Assembly: GCF_963921235.1 (NCBI RefSeq)
Contig: NC_086108.1
Coordinates: 102,240,001 to 102,304,000 of the forward strand
DNA length: 64,000 nucleotides
DNA from: Mobula hypostoma
Taxonomy: Eukaryota
Direction: 5' to 3'
Below the pieces are notes generated by a model that worked only from the letters and a program-made list of their open reading frames with translations, was not told where the DNA came from and made no database searches. Every line of letters starts with the position of its first letter. Position 1 is the stretch's first letter. Positions 59,610-64,000 of the stretch are shown piece after piece. Both the position numbers and the translations under genes were made by a program.

Positions 59610-62600
59610 AGACCAAAAAATATAGAAGCAGAATTAGGTCATTTGGCCCATTGGAGGGCTCTACCATTTCAACATGGCTGTTCCAATTTTCCTCAGACCC
59701 AATCTCCTGTCTTCCTCCTGTATACCTTCATGCCCTAACCAATCATGAATCTATCAACCTCTGCCTTAAATATGCATAAAGACTTGATCTCCACAGCTGC
59801 CTGTGGAAAAGAATTCCACAGATTCTCCACTCTCAGGCTAAAGGAATTCCTCATCTCCATTCCAAAAGCATGCCCCTCTATTCTGAGCCGGTGTTAGACC
59901 ATAAGACCATAAGACAAAGGAGCAGAAGTAGGCCATTCGGCCCATTGAGTCTGCTCCGCCATTTTATCATGAGCTGATCCATTCTCCTATTTAGTCCCAC
60001 TCCCCCGCCTTCTCACCATAACCTTTGATGCCCTGGCTACTCAGATACCTATCAATCTCTGCCTTAAATACACCCAATGACATGGCCTCCACTGCTGCCC
60101 GTGGCAACAAATTTCATAGAATTCCATCCTCTTGTCTTAGACTCTCCCATTATAGGAACCATCCTCTCCACACCCACTCTATCAAGGCATTTCACCATTC
60201 CATAGGTTTCAATGAGGGCAGCACTCAAACCTTCTGAATTCCAGTTAATACATGCTCAGAGTCGTCAAACGCTCTTCATATGACAAGCCAGTCAATCCTA
60301 ATTTCTGTTGACCCTCTCCAGTTTTAACACATCCTTTCTAAGATAAGGGGCCCAAACTTGTTCACAATACTCCAAGTGAGGCCTCACCAGTGCCTTATAA
60401 AGTTTTAACATTACATGCTTCTGTTTACATCTAGTCCTCTTGAAATGAATGCTAACATTGCATTTGCCTTCCTCACCACAGACTCAACCTGCAAATTAAT
60501 CTTTAGGGAATCCTGCATAAGGACTCCCAAGTCCCCTTACATCTCACTCTTTTGTATTTTCTCTCCATTTAGAAAATTGTCAACCCTTTCATTTCTTCTA
60601 CAAAAGTGTATGACCATACACTTCACAACACTATATTCCATCTGCCATTTCTTTGCACATTCTCCAAATCTAAGTTCTTCTGTAGCCTACTTCCTTAAAC
60701 TACCTGCTTTATAACCACCTATCTTCATATCATCTGCAAACTTTGCAACAAAGTCATCAATTCCATCAACCAAATCATTGACATATAATGTAAAAAGAAT
60801 TGGTCCCAACACAGCCTGCTGTGGAACACCACTAGTCAATGACAGCCAGCTCAAAAAGGCTGTCTTTATTCTCTCCTGCCTCCTGCTAATCAGCCACTGC
60901 TTTATCCATGCTAGAATCTCTCCTGTAATACCATGGGTTCATTGCTTGTTAAGAAGCCTCATGTGTCCACCTTGTCAAAGGCCTTCTGAAAATCCAAGTA
61001 CACAACATCAACCAATTCTCCTTTGTCTACTCTGCTTGTTATTTCTTCAAAGAATTCCAATAGATTTGTCAGGCAAGATTTTCCCTATTTTATCATGTGC
61101 CTCCAAGTACCCTGAAACCTTCACTCTTAATAATCGACTCCAACATCTTCCCATCCACTGAGGTAAGACTTTCTTCTGCCTCTCTCTCTTTTTGAAGAGT
61201 GGAGTGACACTTGCAATTTTCCAGTCTTCCAGAACCATTCCAGGATATAGTGATTCTTGGTAGATCAGTACTAAAGCCTTCATAATCTCTTCAGCCATCT
61301 ATTTCAGTACTCTGGGTTGTACACCATCTAATCCAGGTAACTCATCTACCTGCAGACCTTTCAGTTTCCATTGAACCTTCTCTCTAGTTATGAAAACTTC
61401 ACACACTTCATGCTCCCTGTCATCTGGAACTTCCACCACACTGCTAGTGTCTTCCACAGTGAAGACCGATGCAAAATACATATTATGTCCCCCATTACTA
61501 CTTCACCAACATTGTTTTCCAGCAGTCAGATAGCCACTCTCCCCTCTCTTTTACACTTTATGTATCTGAAGAAACTTTTGTGTTAATATTATTGGCTACC
61601 TTACTTTCGTATTCCATCTTTAACTTCTTAATTCCATTTTTAGTTGCCTTCTGTTCATTTAAAAGTTTCCTAATCCTCTAACTTCCCACTAATCTTTGCT
61701 CTACTATATGCCCTCTCTTTGGCTTTTATATTGGCTTTGTTGTGTTAGCCATGGTTGTGTCATCTTTCTTTTAAAATACTTCTTCCTCTTTGGGATGTAT
61801 ATATCCTGTGCCTTCCGAATTGTCCCAGAAATTCCAGCCATTCCTGCTCTGCCATCATCCCTGCCAGTTTTCTTTTCCAATCAATTCTGGCAAACCCCTC
61901 TCTCATGCCTCTGTCATTTCCTTTACTCCACTGTATTACTGGTACATCTGGCTTTAGCTTCTCCTTCTCAAATTTCAGGGTGAATGCGATCATATTATGA
62001 TCACTCTTCCCTAAGGGTTCTTTTTCCTTAAACTCTCTAATCAATTCCAATTCAGTGCACAACACCCAATCCAGAATAGCTGATCCTCTAGTGGACTCAA
62101 CCACAAGCTGCTCTACAAAGCCTTCTCATAGGCACTCTAGAAAGTTCCCGTCCTGTAATCCAGCACCAACCTGATTTTCCCAATTTACCTGTATATTGAA
62201 GTCCCCCATGATTATTGTAACATTGCCCTTTTGGCATGCATTTTCCATCTCCCATTGTAATTTGTAGGCCATATCCTTACTACTGTTTGGCAGGGGTGGC
62301 GGGTCTGTTTACAATTCTTATCAGGGATTTTTTTTTACCCTTGCAGTTCCTCAGCTCTATCCACAATGATTCTACACCTTCCAGCCTTAAATCACCTCAA
62401 TCTATTGATTTGATTTTATTTCATTTTTTACTAACACAGCAATGCTGCCCCCTCTGCCTTCTGGCCTGTCCTTTCAATACAACGTGTATCCCTGAACATT
62501 AAGTTCTCAGCTATAATCTTTCAGCCATGATTCAATGATGCCTACACATCATACCTTCCAATCTGCAACTGTGATGCAAATTCATCTACCTTATTCTGTA

Positions 62601-63818
62601 TAATGTATGCATTTAAATACAACGCCTTCAGTCCTGTATTCACCTTTTTCAATTTTGTCCACCTCTTACATTGCAACTCGTAGTGTTGACTGTAATTTTG
62701 CCTTACAAACAGCCCCTCCTCACTACACATTGCCTCTATTTGTAAACCAACTACCTCAGCACTATTATCCACCTTGCGTACGATACTTCTAGCATTGAAA
62801 TATAGGCAGCTCAGGACACGAGTTACACCATGCTCAACCTTATGAGTACTAACTTTGAGGTCTTACTAACATCCACCTCCACAACCTCTCCACTAACTGT
62901 TCTGGCACTGTGGTACCCCTCCTCCTGCAACTCTAGATTAAACCCCACCGTACAGCATTAACAAACCTTCCCACTAGGATATTAGTCGCTCTCCAGTTCA
63001 GGTAAAAACCGTCTTTTCTGTACAAGTCCCACCTTTCCTGGAAGAGAGCACAATGATTGAAAACTCTTATGCCCTCTTTCCTACACCAGCTTCTTAGCCA
63101 CATATTAAACTGTATAATCTCCTTCGTTCTGGCTTCACTAGCACATGGCATGAGTAGCGATCCTGAGATCACAACCCCCATGGAGAACCTCATCACTTAT
63201 GTCATTGGCACCAACATGGACCATGACTTCAGGCTGTTCACCCTCCCACTTAAGAATGCCGAGGACTCGATTCAAGATTTCCCAACACTGGCACCTAGAG
63301 GCAACATACCATCCGGGATTCTCGTTCTCACCCACAGAACCTCCTGTCCGTTCCACTAACTAACGAATCTTCTATCACCACAGGGTGCCTCTCCTTCCCT
63401 CTTCCCTACTGAGTCACAGAGGCAGACTCAGTGCCAGAGATCCAACCACTGTGACTTTCCTGTTCGGTCAACCACCACACCCCCGCCCAACCCCAACAGT
63501 ATTCAAAGTGGTATACCTGTTGTTGAGGGGGTGGCCACAGGAGTACTCTGTACTGGCTCCTTAACCCCTTTCCCCATTCCTGACTGTCACCCAGTTTTCT
63601 GTGACCTGCACCTTGGGTGTAACTACCGCTCTACATGTTCTGTAATTCACCTGCTCAGCCTCCCGAATGATCCGAAGTTCACCCAGTTCCAGCTCCAACT
63701 TCTTAACGTGATTTGTTAGGAGCTGCAGCTGGACGCACTTCTCACAGTTGTAGTCGTCAGGGACACTGGAGGTCTCCCTGCCTTCCCACATCCAGCAAGA
63801 GGAGCATTTCACAATCAT
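59610..63818 (-). mobile_element. Older near full-length CR1 with internal deletions; extra CR1 tail nested at about 59896-60120
   Basis: ORF1 remnants MIVKCSSC...CEKC, HVGANDI, DGFYLN; ORF2 remnants LKALYLNA, LDWVL...SDHN, EDWKIASVTPLFKK; CR1 tail at about 59610. Confidence 0.85.
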
Positions 63819-64000
63819 CCATCTAATCGTATTGGTCAGGCTGCTTCATCTGCTGAGGATGTGCAACCATCAACGAACATCCACTTTTGACCATATGGTA
63901 GAAGGAAAGTCATTAATGAAGTATCTGAAGATGGTACCGTCCATTGGACAGTAGATTACTGTCCTGACGAGCTCCTGCAGTGATGTGCAGAATAATTGCC

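Noticed and set aside
1..64000. The many 60-130 aa ORFs in the track; CRISPR, rRNA or tRNA genes
   Set aside because: The short ORFs are antisense or off-frame readings of TEs, or random. I saw no regularly spaced repeat array and no structural RNA gene.

Overview
This is vertebrate genomic DNA, not a prokaryotic locus. The repeat families (CR1, Penelope, Rex1-like, SINEs) suggest a cartilaginous fish, which is an inference. One protein-coding gene spans the window on the minus strand: a CLCA-family gene (calcium-activated chloride channel regulator / self-cleaving zinc metalloprotease). I could trace 13 coding exons by hand, equivalent to mammalian exons 2-14 (53742 down to 2898). They splice in frame to 2436 nt, giving 811 aa plus stop. 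The signal-peptide exon 1 was not found and probably lies beyond 64000. Most intronic sequence is transposon-derived and often nested: CR1, Penelope, Rex1-like, L1, HERO-like and RTE retroelements, Tc1, a hAT MITE, a solo LTR and SINEs. Highlights: (1) an in-frame TGA cuts off an otherwise intact 78-codon Ser/Thr stalk, transmembrane helix and cytoplasmic tail; (2) two of the five vWA MIDAS positions are substituted; (3) a GC-AG intron; (4) a roughly 5 kb intronic inversion reconstructable from split transposons; (5) a minimal hammerhead ribozyme in a Penelope element, plus tiny fold-back insertions carrying the same motif. Comparisons to human CLCA1 and to TE consensus motifs are from memory and should be confirmed by alignment.
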